IMG/VR virus record: IMGVR_UViG_3300009431_001072
Origin: a virus
DNA: 25,210 nucleotides
Reading direction: 5' to 3' (one strand)
In this document: positions 13,187 through 22,930 of the stretch, one piece after another
How the letters are laid out: the number at the start of each line of letters is the position of its first letter
Numbering within the stretch: position 1 is the first letter of the stretch
Translations under genes and position numbers: made by a program
The notes under the pieces: generated by a model
What the model saw: only the letters and a program-made list of their open reading frames with translations
Databases searched by the model: none
Told to the model about the DNA's origin: nothing

Positions 13187-14222
13187 TATGAAAATAATTA
13201 TACCGGATGATTATATAGAAAGAAAATTAATCTATAAGAAGGAACATCCGACTAAACCGTTATATATTTATAATTACTCTCCGGAAGTACAATTTAGCAG
13301 ACTCTGGGATGAATACACCTCTATTTGCAGAGGACTAATTCTCGATGAAAACAACAATGTAGTCGCCAGACCTATTCCTAAATTCTTCAATTTAGGAGAG
13401 ATAGGACTTGATAATCTCCCAAAAGAGCCTTATATTATAACAGAGAAAATAGATGGAAGTATGATAATAATAGTTCGCTACCAAGATGAACTTTTATTTG
13501 CTTCTCGTGGAAGTTTCATATCAGACCAGGCAATTAAGGCTAAAGAAATATTTAATAGTAAATATGCCCAAAATCAAATACTTCCTGATAAAACTTTTTT
13601 ATTCGAAGTAATTTACCCAGAAAACCGCATAGTTGTAAACTATGATGACAAAGAAGACCTGATAGGATTGGTAACTGTAGATAATGAAACAGGTAAAAGC
13701 CAGGAAATGTCGTCAGGCCATGGATTCCCTGTAGCTAAACAGTATCCATCTGCTATAAGCATAAAAGATTTACAAACTCTAGACGATACAAATAAAGAAG
13801 GCTTTGTTGTTAGATTCACAGAATCAGATTTCAGAGTAAAAATTAAATTTGATGAATATGTTCGTCTACACAAAATAGTAACTAATCTTAGCGAAAAAAC
13901 TGTATGGGAATCTTTAAGAGACGGCAACGAAATGTCGGAGTTAGACATTCCAGATGAATTCATGGATTGGCTAAAAACTACCAGCCTTGAATTTAAAAAG
14001 AAATACAGGAATATTGTAAATAAATGCAAAATAGATTTCCAAGTAATTAAGAAAAGGCCGTGTTTATTTAAAGAACGAAAAGACATAGCAGAATATTTTA
14101 ATAAAAAGAAATATCCAGGAATATTGTTTGCTATGTTGGATAACCGTGATTACTCCGAGATTGTTTGGAAGTTAATTAAACCAAAGAAAGAAAATGAATG
14201 TAATATTAAGACCTGCTTGTAA
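13176..14222 (+). CDS. rnlA: RNA ligase, T4 Rnl1-like family
   Basis: ICRGLILDENNNVVARPIPKFFNLGE, ITEKIDGSMIIIV (KxDG), FLFEVIYPENRIVVNY, EGFVVRF, RVKIKFDEYVRLH. Confidence 0.85.
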   Translation: MRIDMKIIIPDDYIERKLIYKKEHPTKPLYIYNYSPEVQFSRLWDEYTSICRGLILDENNNVVARPIPKFFNLGEIGLDNLPKEPYIITEKIDGSMIIIVRYQDELLFASRGSFISDQAIKAKEIFNSKYAQNQILPDKTFLFEVIYPENRIVVNYDDKEDLIGLVTVDNETGKSQEMSSGHGFPVAKQYPSAISIKDLQTLDDTNKEGFVVRFTESDFRVKIKFDEYVRLHKIVTNLSEKTVWESLRDGNEMSELDIPDEFMDWLKTTSLEFKKKYRNIVNKCKIDFQVIKKRPCLFKERKDIAEYFNKKKYPGILFAMLDNRDYSEIVWKLIKPKKENECNIKTCL

Positions 14223-15093
14223 TCGCCCAGAGATGCTACATATTTCTATTGAAACGGAGATTGCAGCTAGAAAATATTGTGAGCCTTTAAGTGATTTACT
14301 AACGATATTTGTAATTGATGCTGGTGATAACGCTAAAGTTATAGAATTAGCAAAAGCTTACCCTTATAAAAAAGAAATAATAATAAGAGATACTCAATAC
14401 GGATTAACTAAAAATATACTAGAAGGTATGAAAACAGCTTTTTCGAAATCTGACGATTACATATTCTACATAGAAGATGATATTATTGTACATAAAACAT
14501 ACTTTCAATATATGGATACCGCATTAGAGTTATGCGATAAAAAAAAGTTTACAATAGTATCATCTTTTAGTTTTACAAATAGTGGAGATATTAACAAAGT
14601 AGCCAGAGGGAATCGTTATTCAGCATTAGGTCCGATTATTATGAAGCCATTCTTTGATAAATATATATTACAACATGTGAATGATGCTTACTATAAAGAC
14701 GATGGTAGTAGAATATCTTATATAAAAAATCTTGATAAGCAAAATGAAAAATATTTTGTGAAAGGTTATAAATATAGAGATTTCTCTAGTTGTCATAATG
14801 AACAAGCTGGTCTTATAAATAGATTAATAGATGTTGCAAAAATAGAAGGGGATGGGGAAATACTATTACCTTATATTAGTAGGGCAGTGCATATAGGATT
14901 CTATGGCAAAAATAGACCAGGTAAAGTGAATGGCAACAACTTTGAAGAAAGATTACGTAATATAAAAAATATAATATCCTCAAAAGACACAAGTAGGATA
15001 CCAAATAGTGCCAAATATGGTGACTACCAAAGATTGTCTGGGAAATTAAATGAATGGGATGGCACTTTAAAATTTTGGATTAAACCAAAATGA
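14194..15093 (+). CDS. Glycosyltransferase-like protein (GT-A/GNT-I-like)
   Basis: RPACNRPEMLHISIE...DLLTIFVIDAGD...YIFYIEDDIIVHKTYFQYMDTAL (ExDD-type motif). Confidence 0.65.
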   Translation: MNVILRPACNRPEMLHISIETEIAARKYCEPLSDLLTIFVIDAGDNAKVIELAKAYPYKKEIIIRDTQYGLTKNILEGMKTAFSKSDDYIFYIEDDIIVHKTYFQYMDTALELCDKKKFTIVSSFSFTNSGDINKVARGNRYSALGPIIMKPFFDKYILQHVNDAYYKDDGSRISYIKNLDKQNEKYFVKGYKYRDFSSCHNEQAGLINRLIDVAKIEGDGEILLPYISRAVHIGFYGKNRPGKVNGNNFEERLRNIKNIISSKDTSRIPNSAKYGDYQRLSGKLNEWDGTLKFWIKPK

Positions 15094-15959
15094 AAAAATT
15101 ACTTTTTATAACAGGCGAAGGATTAGGGAACGTTATAGAATGTATCCCATGTGTCAGAACTATAAAAGAACATGGAGTAACCTTAGACTTTTGGTTTGCA
15201 CATGGATCATTTCCGTTACCAAAAATAATCCCATATGTTAACAAATGGTTCACTGGTGGAGAAAGGCCAAAAGATATTAACAATTATAGTGGAGTAATGG
15301 CTACTAAATGGGGACAAAGTTTAGCGAAAACATTAAATTTACCATTACTTAACAAAGTTCGACAATTAACAATGAACGAGTCGGAAGTAAGTGTATACAT
15401 GAAAATGGCCGATGATTTAGGAATAAAAAACTTATTTTGGCATGGTAACTGCATGTACACACCTACACAAGAAAAGTATGATATTGTTATAAGTAATGGA
15501 TTTAACTATAAGTCTGACTTAGATTGGAGTGTAAAATCATATATTTATTATTCAAAGGTAGTCTCTAGTTTAAAAAAACTTGGGCTCACTGTTTGTTCTG
15601 TAGGAGCAGCCAATGAGTATGTACCAGGGACTACCAATAAAACTAATATTGGGTTATTAAACACTTTTGGGTTAATCAAAAATGCTAAATTAGTCATAGC
15701 CAACGATAGTGGAATGTATCATGCGGCTAATGCATTAGAAACCCCAAACATTGTCATATTTACAGCTACTTCTATAAAGAAAAACTATGACAAGCGTTTT
15801 CATAAGTTTGCCTCTGTAATAACTAGAACAGATCTACCATGCAAACCATGCCAGCCATCAAAGGCATGGATACGTACTTGTAAAAATTGGAAATGCCGTG
15901 ATATCGGCCACCATATAATAATTAATGAAGTTAAAAAAATATTAAAGATACAGAGATAA
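15090..15959 (+). CDS. Glycosyltransferase family 9-like (heptosyltransferase-like)
   Basis: GEGLGNVIECIPCVRTIKEHG; IKNAKLVIANDSGMYHAANALETPNIVIFTATS; PCKPCQPSK...CKNWKCR. Confidence 0.8.
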   Translation: MKKLLFITGEGLGNVIECIPCVRTIKEHGVTLDFWFAHGSFPLPKIIPYVNKWFTGGERPKDINNYSGVMATKWGQSLAKTLNLPLLNKVRQLTMNESEVSVYMKMADDLGIKNLFWHGNCMYTPTQEKYDIVISNGFNYKSDLDWSVKSYIYYSKVVSSLKKLGLTVCSVGAANEYVPGTTNKTNIGLLNTFGLIKNAKLVIANDSGMYHAANALETPNIVIFTATSIKKNYDKRFHKFASVITRTDLPCKPCQPSKAWIRTCKNWKCRDIGHHIIINEVKKILKIQR

Positions 15960-15961
15960 AA

Positions 15962-16813
15962 ATGAAAATACTATTTATTGCCGTATTTGACCCAAAGTCA
16001 ACTAACGCGTGGCAAGCAAAAAGCTTCGAAATGCTAGGACATGAAGTCATTAGGTATGAGTATCGAGCAATAGCTGCAAGACTCGGAATCAACGGAAGAG
16101 ATGATGATTTAATACATGTTTGTCGAGAAAATAAACCTGATATGATCTTATTTTCCAAATGTAACAAAATGAATGTTAGAGTAGTTATTGAATGCGGCAA
16201 AATAGGTAAAACGGTATTATGGTATATGGATCCTGCCGGAAATATTGATACAGAACTAATAGAAAAAATGAAAGCTAGCAACTACGTATTTAGCGCAAGG
16301 TGGGATGGATACAACGAATCAAAAAAATATAATAGCAATTCTTTTAGGATACACGAGGGCTTTGATTCACTTGTACATAAACCTTTTAATGTTCCACGTA
16401 CAAGAGATATTTGTTTTATAGGAGAAGCTCGTTCTTATAGAAAACCATATCTGGATGCGGCAAATGTTCCGGTATTTAATAATGTGTTCAACTACGAACA
16501 TGCGAAACTTGTTTCAGAAACTAAAATAAATCTCGGATTAACAGAAGGTGACGGTACATCAGATAGAACATATAAAATTATGGCAGCCGGAGGATTTTTA
16601 CTAACTATGCCATGGGAGAAAATTGAAGACGAGTTTGAATTAGGAATCGATTTAGTTACTTTTGATAACGTAGATGTTCTTAAATACAAAATTCAATACT
16701 ATCTTACAAATGAACTTGAACGTGAAGCTATAGCAAAAAATGGAATGGAAACTGTCAAAAAATATAATGATATTAACTTTGTTAAAAGCATATTAAAAGA
16801 GGTGACTAAGTAA
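15962..16813 (+). CDS. Glycosyltransferase, CgeB-like/GT4-like
   Basis: NAWQAKSFEMLGHEVIRYEY ... SDRTYKIMAAGGFLLTMPWEKIEDEFELGIDLVTFDNVDVLKYKIQYYL. Confidence 0.75.
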   Translation: MKILFIAVFDPKSTNAWQAKSFEMLGHEVIRYEYRAIAARLGINGRDDDLIHVCRENKPDMILFSKCNKMNVRVVIECGKIGKTVLWYMDPAGNIDTELIEKMKASNYVFSARWDGYNESKKYNSNSFRIHEGFDSLVHKPFNVPRTRDICFIGEARSYRKPYLDAANVPVFNNVFNYEHAKLVSETKINLGLTEGDGTSDRTYKIMAAGGFLLTMPWEKIEDEFELGIDLVTFDNVDVLKYKIQYYLTNELEREAIAKNGMETVKKYNDINFVKSILKEVTK

Positions 16814-16815
16814 AC

Positions 16816-17520
16816 ATGGATTGTCCTTTCTGTAAAAATAGTAAAGTAACACAATATTTGAATACAAAAAATTCCAGGTGTAGTATCTGTGGGTTGTATA
16901 TAAATAATACTCAAATGTCTCCAGAACAAATTAAAGAATTTAATAGAAATTTCCTATTGGGCGCATGTCATAATCTCAGTAAAAGAACCCAAAGATTAGG
17001 TGAAGCTAAGGATTTGCAAGTAGCTACATTAAAACAACACGGGTCTATAGATAAAGTATATGACGTTGGAGCAGCTTCCGGGTTTTTTATGAAAGCCGTA
17101 GAAGACGCAGGTGGAGTTGCGCACGGAAATGAAATAAGCATGGCAAGCATCGCTTGGGCAAAAAAAGAGTATGGTATCAACATAGCTTACGGATTTCTTG
17201 AAGAATTGGAAATACCTGACTCTTACTTCGATGCTGTTGTTTTGTGGAATACGTTGGAGCATACCAGTAATCCAAAAACTACGTTAGACGTATGTTATAG
17301 GGTATTAAAGGAAGGCGGATTAATTTATATTAAAGTTCCCAATCATAAGTCTCCTAACGAGCTAATAAACTTCTACGAAGGAGCCCATTTATTTGAGTTC
17401 ACTGAAGAATGTTTGTCTATACACTTAAAAGATATTGGATTTAAAGAAATATTTGTGGATCCAAAAGATGTAGATCCACGATGTAACGTTACTGCTGCTG
17501 TATATCTTTATAGGAAATAA
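16816..17520 (+). CDS. Class I SAM methyltransferase with N-terminal zinc ribbon
   Basis: CPFCKNSKV...CSICGLY; VYDVGAASGFFMKAV; WNTLEHTSNPKTTLDVCYRVLKEGGLIYIKVPN. Confidence 0.87.
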   Translation: MDCPFCKNSKVTQYLNTKNSRCSICGLYINNTQMSPEQIKEFNRNFLLGACHNLSKRTQRLGEAKDLQVATLKQHGSIDKVYDVGAASGFFMKAVEDAGGVAHGNEISMASIAWAKKEYGINIAYGFLEELEIPDSYFDAVVLWNTLEHTSNPKTTLDVCYRVLKEGGLIYIKVPNHKSPNELINFYEGAHLFEFTEECLSIHLKDIGFKEIFVDPKDVDPRCNVTAAVYLYRK

Positions 17521-17522
17521 TT

Positions 17523-18281
17523 ATGAAAAAAGCACTTATCAAATACCACCACGGTCTGGGGGATATATTGCAGTTAACTCCTCATTTAAGAAAATTATAT
17601 CATATGGGGTATGTTACTGATATAATGGGTATGGCGCAGAATAATACGTCCCATCTATTAGATGCTTGTCCTTATACCGATAGCTACATAGACATACCAA
17701 ATACGTGGAAGTCACCGCTGGGGTTTAATAAACAATTAGAAGTCGATATGCAATTGTTTAATAAAATAAAACCAGAGTATGACTGGGCTGGTTATGCAAA
17801 TCACCTAAACATAGGTGGTATTAACAAAATAGATTTTACTTCTAAAGAATTAGGTCTCGATATAACAGATAAAACCCTCGAGGTATTTATACCAAAATCT
17901 GTAGAAAAAGAAGTTCTGGAATATATACAAAAAACATACCCAAATGGGTATACTTTTGTACATACATTAATTGAAGAACATACCTACCATGACTGGAATC
18001 CGACAGATTGGATAAATGTTAACTTGCCAAAACTGCCAATAGTAGATACTGGCTACAGCGGTAATTACTATAGATGGAAAGATGATATAAATGCAACATT
18101 TGTTTTACTAAGAGAAGCTACACATAAAGTTTTGTCTTCATCTGTTATGGTACATGCATGTGACGCTATGGGTGTTCCTATGGATATAGTAAACTATGGA
18201 AGAGTAGATAGAAAGGTATGGCCCTTTAATCATAAACAGCTATTAAAAAGTATAAGAGAAAATGGAGTAATGATAAAGTAA
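17523..18281 (+). CDS. Glycosyltransferase family 9-like (heptosyltransferase-like), divergent
   Basis: KYHHGLGDILQLTPHLRKLYHMG ... VLSSSVMVHACDAMGVPMDIVNYG. Confidence 0.65.
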   Translation: MKKALIKYHHGLGDILQLTPHLRKLYHMGYVTDIMGMAQNNTSHLLDACPYTDSYIDIPNTWKSPLGFNKQLEVDMQLFNKIKPEYDWAGYANHLNIGGINKIDFTSKELGLDITDKTLEVFIPKSVEKEVLEYIQKTYPNGYTFVHTLIEEHTYHDWNPTDWINVNLPKLPIVDTGYSGNYYRWKDDINATFVLLREATHKVLSSSVMVHACDAMGVPMDIVNYGRVDRKVWPFNHKQLLKSIRENGVMIK

Positions 18282-18895
18282 TGGATTTATCCAAACTATC
18301 AAGGTTAGAACGTGAAGGTTACTTTGAAATCCAAGAAGCCTTTCGCCGTGGCGATGGTTATTCTAAAGATACACAAAGGTTCCAAAAATATTTTGAATAT
18401 ATCAAAAAATTTGGCAAAACCAATCCAGAAGTAGATGTGTTGGATGTTGGTTGCGGCCCGGGTCCATTGGAAGTTTACCTTAAAAAATTCGGTTATAAAA
18501 ATGTCGAGGCACTAGACTTTAGTGATGAAGGCATAAGACAATGTAAGCAAAATGTTCCGGAATTTAGTTATACCATAGGTGACATAAATGAAGTAGAGAC
18601 TATTTATCTGAATAAAAAATTTGATATAGTCTTCTGCCTACAGGTATTAGAACATATGGAAAAACACAAAAGTGTTTTAAAGCAGTTATATAACTTAACT
18701 GCTAATGAAGGATTACTAATCATAAGTGTACCATGGGATCATTGTAAAAGTAACAGACTCCATATAAACCATTACTTGCCAGAGACATTTAATGAATTAG
18801 CAAAAGAACTAAACATGCCTGCGCCCATTGTTACCGAAAGATTTGGCGAAGGGAACCTTCAATTACTAGCCATATTTAAAAATGAAAAGATTTGA
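18281..18895 (+). CDS. Class I SAM methyltransferase
   Basis: VDVLDVGCGPGPLEVYLKKFGY; DIVFCLQVLEHMEKHKSVLKQLYNLTANEGLLIISVP. Confidence 0.88.
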   Translation: MDLSKLSRLEREGYFEIQEAFRRGDGYSKDTQRFQKYFEYIKKFGKTNPEVDVLDVGCGPGPLEVYLKKFGYKNVEALDFSDEGIRQCKQNVPEFSYTIGDINEVETIYLNKKFDIVFCLQVLEHMEKHKSVLKQLYNLTANEGLLIISVPWDHCKSNRLHINHYLPETFNELAKELNMPAPIVTERFGEGNLQLLAIFKNEKI

Positions 18896-19427
18896 AATTA
18901 TTACATCTTTAATAAAAGGTGTAAAGAACCCAGTAGGGGCTGAAATAGGAGTGTGTAATGGTGTATTTACTGAATATATGCTAACACATAACCCTGCTCT
19001 TGTATTGTATGCTGTAGACCCGTTCATAATGTATCAAAAACAATACGAGTCCGGTGTAGTTCAACACGGTTTTTCAACGCAGAACGAATTTGATGAACAA
19101 TTTAAAAGTACAAAAGCAAAGCTTGCCAAATTCATAGATAGATGTGTGCTGCTAAGAACACTATCGGCAGAAGCTGTGAATGTAATAAAGAATAATTCAC
19201 TAGATTTTGTATTTATAGACGGAAACCATTTGTACAACTATGTTAAAGCCGATATAATTTCTTATTATGATAAAGTAAAAAACGGGGGAATACTGGCTGG
19301 ACATGATTATAACCCAAATGATATTAATCACCTAACCAATACATGCAGAGCAGTTAATGAGGTATTTACGAAGGAAGATGTAACCACTGGTGATGATAGT
19401 ACTTGGTGGATTAAAAAAGGAAACTAA
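18882..19427 (+). CDS. SAM methyltransferase (Methyltransf_24/TylF-like)
   Basis: GAEIGVCNGVFTEYML...LYAVDPF ... LDFVFIDGNHLYNYVKADIISYYDKVKNGGILAGHDY. Confidence 0.85.
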   Translation: MKRFEIITSLIKGVKNPVGAEIGVCNGVFTEYMLTHNPALVLYAVDPFIMYQKQYESGVVQHGFSTQNEFDEQFKSTKAKLAKFIDRCVLLRTLSAEAVNVIKNNSLDFVFIDGNHLYNYVKADIISYYDKVKNGGILAGHDYNPNDINHLTNTCRAVNEVFTKEDVTTGDDSTWWIKKGN

Positions 19428-19429
19428 AC

Positions 19430-20227
19430 ATGAATTTAGGATTTATTATGGCGTTTAATGAAGTTAACTGGATTGAGTTTGCTATTGAGCAAGCAATGAA
19501 AATATGTGATAGAATAATTATCTCTGAAGGATCCCAATTTACATCATTTACGGATATACCGGAAAGAAGTAACGATGGAACTCTTGATATGATAACAAAA
19601 AAACAAAGAGAGTATCCCCAGGTTATAACAGTAATTCCAAGTTCAAGAGTTAGCGCCGAATACAGAAAAAATCAATGTGAAAATTTTAATAGAGCTCTAA
19701 GGGAATGTAACCCCGGCGATTATTTTATTCCTTTGGATGTGGATGAATTTTATTCTGATAACTTCTTAAATACAATAAACGAAATTACAAAAGTTGGTCA
19801 CATAGATCATCTATTAGGCCAGGGACACTTGTATGGATTCAGCTTTAAATACCGATTAGTATTCGGTAATAACGCTGTTTGGAAAAAAGATATACTGTTT
19901 AAAGTCAATAACAGTTTTAAGTTTATTCCAACACACAAACCGACCGGCCAAGGAAAGAATAAGTTAGTGAATACAAGTGATAGCTTGTTTCACTATACCT
20001 GGCTTAAACCAACAGATAGGATGAGAATTAGAATGCAAACTTCGAACTTTCATCCGGGGATGCTTGAGTGGTTCGACACCAATTGGGAAAATATAAAATT
20101 AGAAGAAAATATTAAACAAAAGTCACATCTGGGAACAATGTTTACATTAAAAAAATATGACGGAGAGCATCCTTCAGTTTTAAATAATCATCCATGGAGA
20201 CACACAGAAGACATCAGAACTACATAA
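19430..20227 (+). CDS. Glycosyltransferase-like protein, paralog of the 22930-23838 product
   Basis: MNLGFIMAFNEVNWIEFAIEQAMKICDRIIISEG...DYFIPLDVDEFYSDNFL; C-terminal YDGEHPSVLNNHPWRHTEDIR. Confidence 0.7.
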   Translation: MNLGFIMAFNEVNWIEFAIEQAMKICDRIIISEGSQFTSFTDIPERSNDGTLDMITKKQREYPQVITVIPSSRVSAEYRKNQCENFNRALRECNPGDYFIPLDVDEFYSDNFLNTINEITKVGHIDHLLGQGHLYGFSFKYRLVFGNNAVWKKDILFKVNNSFKFIPTHKPTGQGKNKLVNTSDSLFHYTWLKPTDRMRIRMQTSNFHPGMLEWFDTNWENIKLEENIKQKSHLGTMFTLKKYDGEHPSVLNNHPWRHTEDIRTT

Positions 20228-21147
20228 TGAATATAATATTAATAACTCCTAAATTGGATAAACCATGTTTATACCACACAGATATAATAAATACTTTGTC
20301 AAAGTTATATAATGTATATCAGTATGGTCCAGGATTTAGTTATTTCTCTCAAAGTGATACTGTACACGACATAATTTCGAAATCCGGATTTACACCGAAC
20401 TTAATTATATTTGGGACTGCCCAAGTGCTTTACGGACTCAACATTCGTGGACTACCCTCTATAAAGATACCAAAGCTTATATTTTTAAATAAGGAATACC
20501 AATGGATAGATAGAAAACTAGATTTTATTAAGAAAAATAAATTTAATTTAGTTACTACGATTTTAAATAAAGAAATTTATACTCCATGGGAACGTTTAAC
20601 TGGAATAAGATTTGTACAGACACCGCATGGTATATTTCCAGATAAATTTCCTAATTTGAATATAACCAGGAAGTATGATCTGGGATTTTTAGGAGCACTG
20701 TTTGATAAACAAGGAGTCTCCTTTAGAAAAAAAGCAAAAGAGTTCATCTTTGATAAAAGTAATTTATCGGAAAAATATAATATTATGTGGGGAGATGATT
20801 ATAATAAAAAGCTTTTTTCAGGCGAGGAATACATAAGAGCACTTAACTCATTTAAAATTTCGGTGTCTACTCTGTCTCCGTCCAAAATAATTGGATTACG
20901 ATTTTATGAGTTAGCTTGCGTCGGCACCATGATCCTTGCACCGCGAGATAACTATGATGGTGCTTTTGTTGATGGGAAAACATGCGTGATGTACGACGAT
21001 AGTGTATCTTCTTTTAAGGAAAAATTTTTACACTACTTAGATAATGAAAAAGAAAGGAACAATATAGTGAACAACGCGTACAAATACGTAACTACAGAAT
21101 GTACGTGGGACATCAGAATAAAAAACCTCATAAAGAACTTTGAATAA
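20227..21147 (+). CDS. Glycosyltransferase-like protein (CgeB/GT4-like)
   Basis: ATG 20227 overlaps the upstream TAA; STLSPSKIIGLRFYELACVGTMILAPRDNYDGAFVDGKTCVMYDDSVSSFKEKFLHYLDNEKER. Confidence 0.7.
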   Translation: MNIILITPKLDKPCLYHTDIINTLSKLYNVYQYGPGFSYFSQSDTVHDIISKSGFTPNLIIFGTAQVLYGLNIRGLPSIKIPKLIFLNKEYQWIDRKLDFIKKNKFNLVTTILNKEIYTPWERLTGIRFVQTPHGIFPDKFPNLNITRKYDLGFLGALFDKQGVSFRKKAKEFIFDKSNLSEKYNIMWGDDYNKKLFSGEEYIRALNSFKISVSTLSPSKIIGLRFYELACVGTMILAPRDNYDGAFVDGKTCVMYDDSVSSFKEKFLHYLDNEKERNNIVNNAYKYVTTECTWDIRIKNLIKNFE

Positions 21148-22084
21148 CAAAACTAAATATTCCGCGTTCAATGCCATTCCTTGGAAATTGGTAAAATCCT
21201 ATAACATATTCCCCAGAAGAATAGAGCCCCTTCACATTCGTTTAATGCCAACAAATAGATGTAATGCTAATTGTAAATGGTGTTGTTATGCTGACGTAGA
21301 CAAACAAGTAGAGCTTTCAATAGAAGAAATAAAAGAGATTATATTATATTTTTTTGCATTGGGAACACGCGCTATTACTTTCTCTGGGGGAGGAGAGCCT
21401 ACAGTACATCCGCACATAGATGACATGCTGTCCTTTGCTAAAGATAAAGGAATAAGTTGTGGACTAGTTACTAACGGATTAAAGTGGTCCAAAAAAAATC
21501 TTAAACTAGATGTAGCAAATAAAACGTTAACTTGGGCAAGAATGTCAATAATTGAGACAATAGGTGACTATGATATAAAAAAGATCTCACGATTTGCAAA
21601 TAATTTATCTAACGTAGATATTGGCATAAGTTTTGTTGTTCCGGATGATGTTAATATTCAGTTAGCTATAGATATATGTAATTTAGTAAAAGGTATATCG
21701 AATATCACCCATATAAAGTTTATACAAGATTCATACAATTTAAATAGTAACGCTATTAAAGAGGTTGAAATAGCCTGCAATAAAATAACGAATAAGGCCT
21801 TTTTTGTACCACGTACAGATTATACCAAAGGTCAGCAAAAATGCCAAATTAGTTTATTAAAACCAGTTGTAAATGCTACAGGTTATATATTTCCTTGTTG
21901 TGATATACAACATGCCGCTGGTGACTTTAAACATCCTCCAAAAAACTTAAGGATGTGCTATTGGAACGAATTCCATAAAGCAGAATATTTTAACGGCAGT
22001 AAATGTACAAAATGCTATTATGACAATTACAATTTATTTTTAAATAACTTACTCAGTAAAGTAGAACATATTAATTTTTTATAG
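21140..22084 (+). CDS. Radical SAM protein with C-terminal SPASM-like cysteines
   Basis: MPTNRCNANCKWCCYADV (CxxxCxxC), ITFSGGGEPTVHPHIDDM, C-terminal FPCCDIQHA ... KCTKCYYDNY. Confidence 0.88.
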   Translation: MNNKTKYSAFNAIPWKLVKSYNIFPRRIEPLHIRLMPTNRCNANCKWCCYADVDKQVELSIEEIKEIILYFFALGTRAITFSGGGEPTVHPHIDDMLSFAKDKGISCGLVTNGLKWSKKNLKLDVANKTLTWARMSIIETIGDYDIKKISRFANNLSNVDIGISFVVPDDVNIQLAIDICNLVKGISNITHIKFIQDSYNLNSNAIKEVEIACNKITNKAFFVPRTDYTKGQQKCQISLLKPVVNATGYIFPCCDIQHAAGDFKHPPKNLRMCYWNEFHKAEYFNGSKCTKCYYDNYNLFLNNLLSKVEHINFL

Positions 22085-22097
22085 GTAGAATATAGAT

Positions 22098-22256
22098 ATG
22101 AAAATTTTGATTACTGGCGGAGCCGGATTTATAGGCTCGCATCTAGCTGATACACTGATTAAAAGAGGGGATACAGTTATTATTCACCCATGTTCGATAT
22201 TAAAAGACTGCAAACACAGCTGTTATAAAAAATGGGGAAAAAAGAAGATATTATGA
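22098..22256 (+). pseudogene. N-terminal remnant of an NAD-dependent epimerase/dehydratase
   Basis: [29 protein letters not shown], then unrelated [23 protein letters not shown]; only 52 codons. Not in the ORF track. Confidence 0.75.
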
Positions 22257-22930
22257 AGCTAGTAATAGGTCTACAAACGTGCAATCGAATAAAGTTTACT
22301 AAAGAAGTTATTAGTTCAATACTGAAACATAATCCAAATTCTGTAAAATATCCGTGGGTTGTTTATGACGACAATTCAACAGATAATACAATAGATTATC
22401 TTAAGGGTTTGCCATATATAGATGAATTAGTAACTAGCAAAAATAGGCGTGGTATAACAAACGGAATAAAACAGTTAGTTTTGGAAGCAGCAAATTATGG
22501 CCAAATTATCCTTTATATACAAAATGACTGGAGACAAGTTAGATATATAGATTTAAAAGCGATAGAGAATTTTTTTGAAAGTTATCCAAATGCAGGACAT
22601 TTACAAACTACACAATATAAAGGTAAAGATAATGCAAGGCCTTCGTCAACTGCTGAAAGAATTAACTTATATACAAAAGAAAAAATAACTCCTGGGAACA
22701 CCATTACTATTGGCGCAGAGAAGTTCATACCAGGTAATTGGCACTACTGTGACTTGCCAGGATTTTCTAGAATTAGTATCGCCAAAGATATGTTTAATGG
22801 TCCTCTCAATGAAAGTGTACGTATAAAACACTTTTCTACTTGTGGATGTGACAATTATTTGTTAGAAAACCAACCTTACCGAAACATAGATGTAAATAGC
22901 CGTACTCAAACCCCCAACCGAAAATTATAA
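22253..22930 (+). CDS. Glycosyltransferase family 2-like protein
   Basis: [27 protein letters not shown]...[20 protein letters not shown]...[30 protein letters not shown] 22253 overlaps the remnant's TGA. Confidence 0.75.
   Translation: MKLVIGLQTCNRIKFTKEVISSILKHNPNSVKYPWVVYDDNSTDNTIDYLKGLPYIDELVTSKNRRGITNGIKQLVLEAANYGQIILYIQNDWRQVRYIDLKAIENFFESYPNAGHLQTTQYKGKDNARPSSTAERINLYTKEKITPGNTITIGAEKFIPGNWHYCDLPGFSRISIAKDMFNGPLNESVRIKHFSTCGCDNYLLENQPYRNIDVNSRTQTPNRKL

Noticed and set aside
13640-14086. 148 aa minus-strand ORF
   Set aside because: Antisense to strongly conserved RNA ligase sequence; S/L-rich shadow translation.
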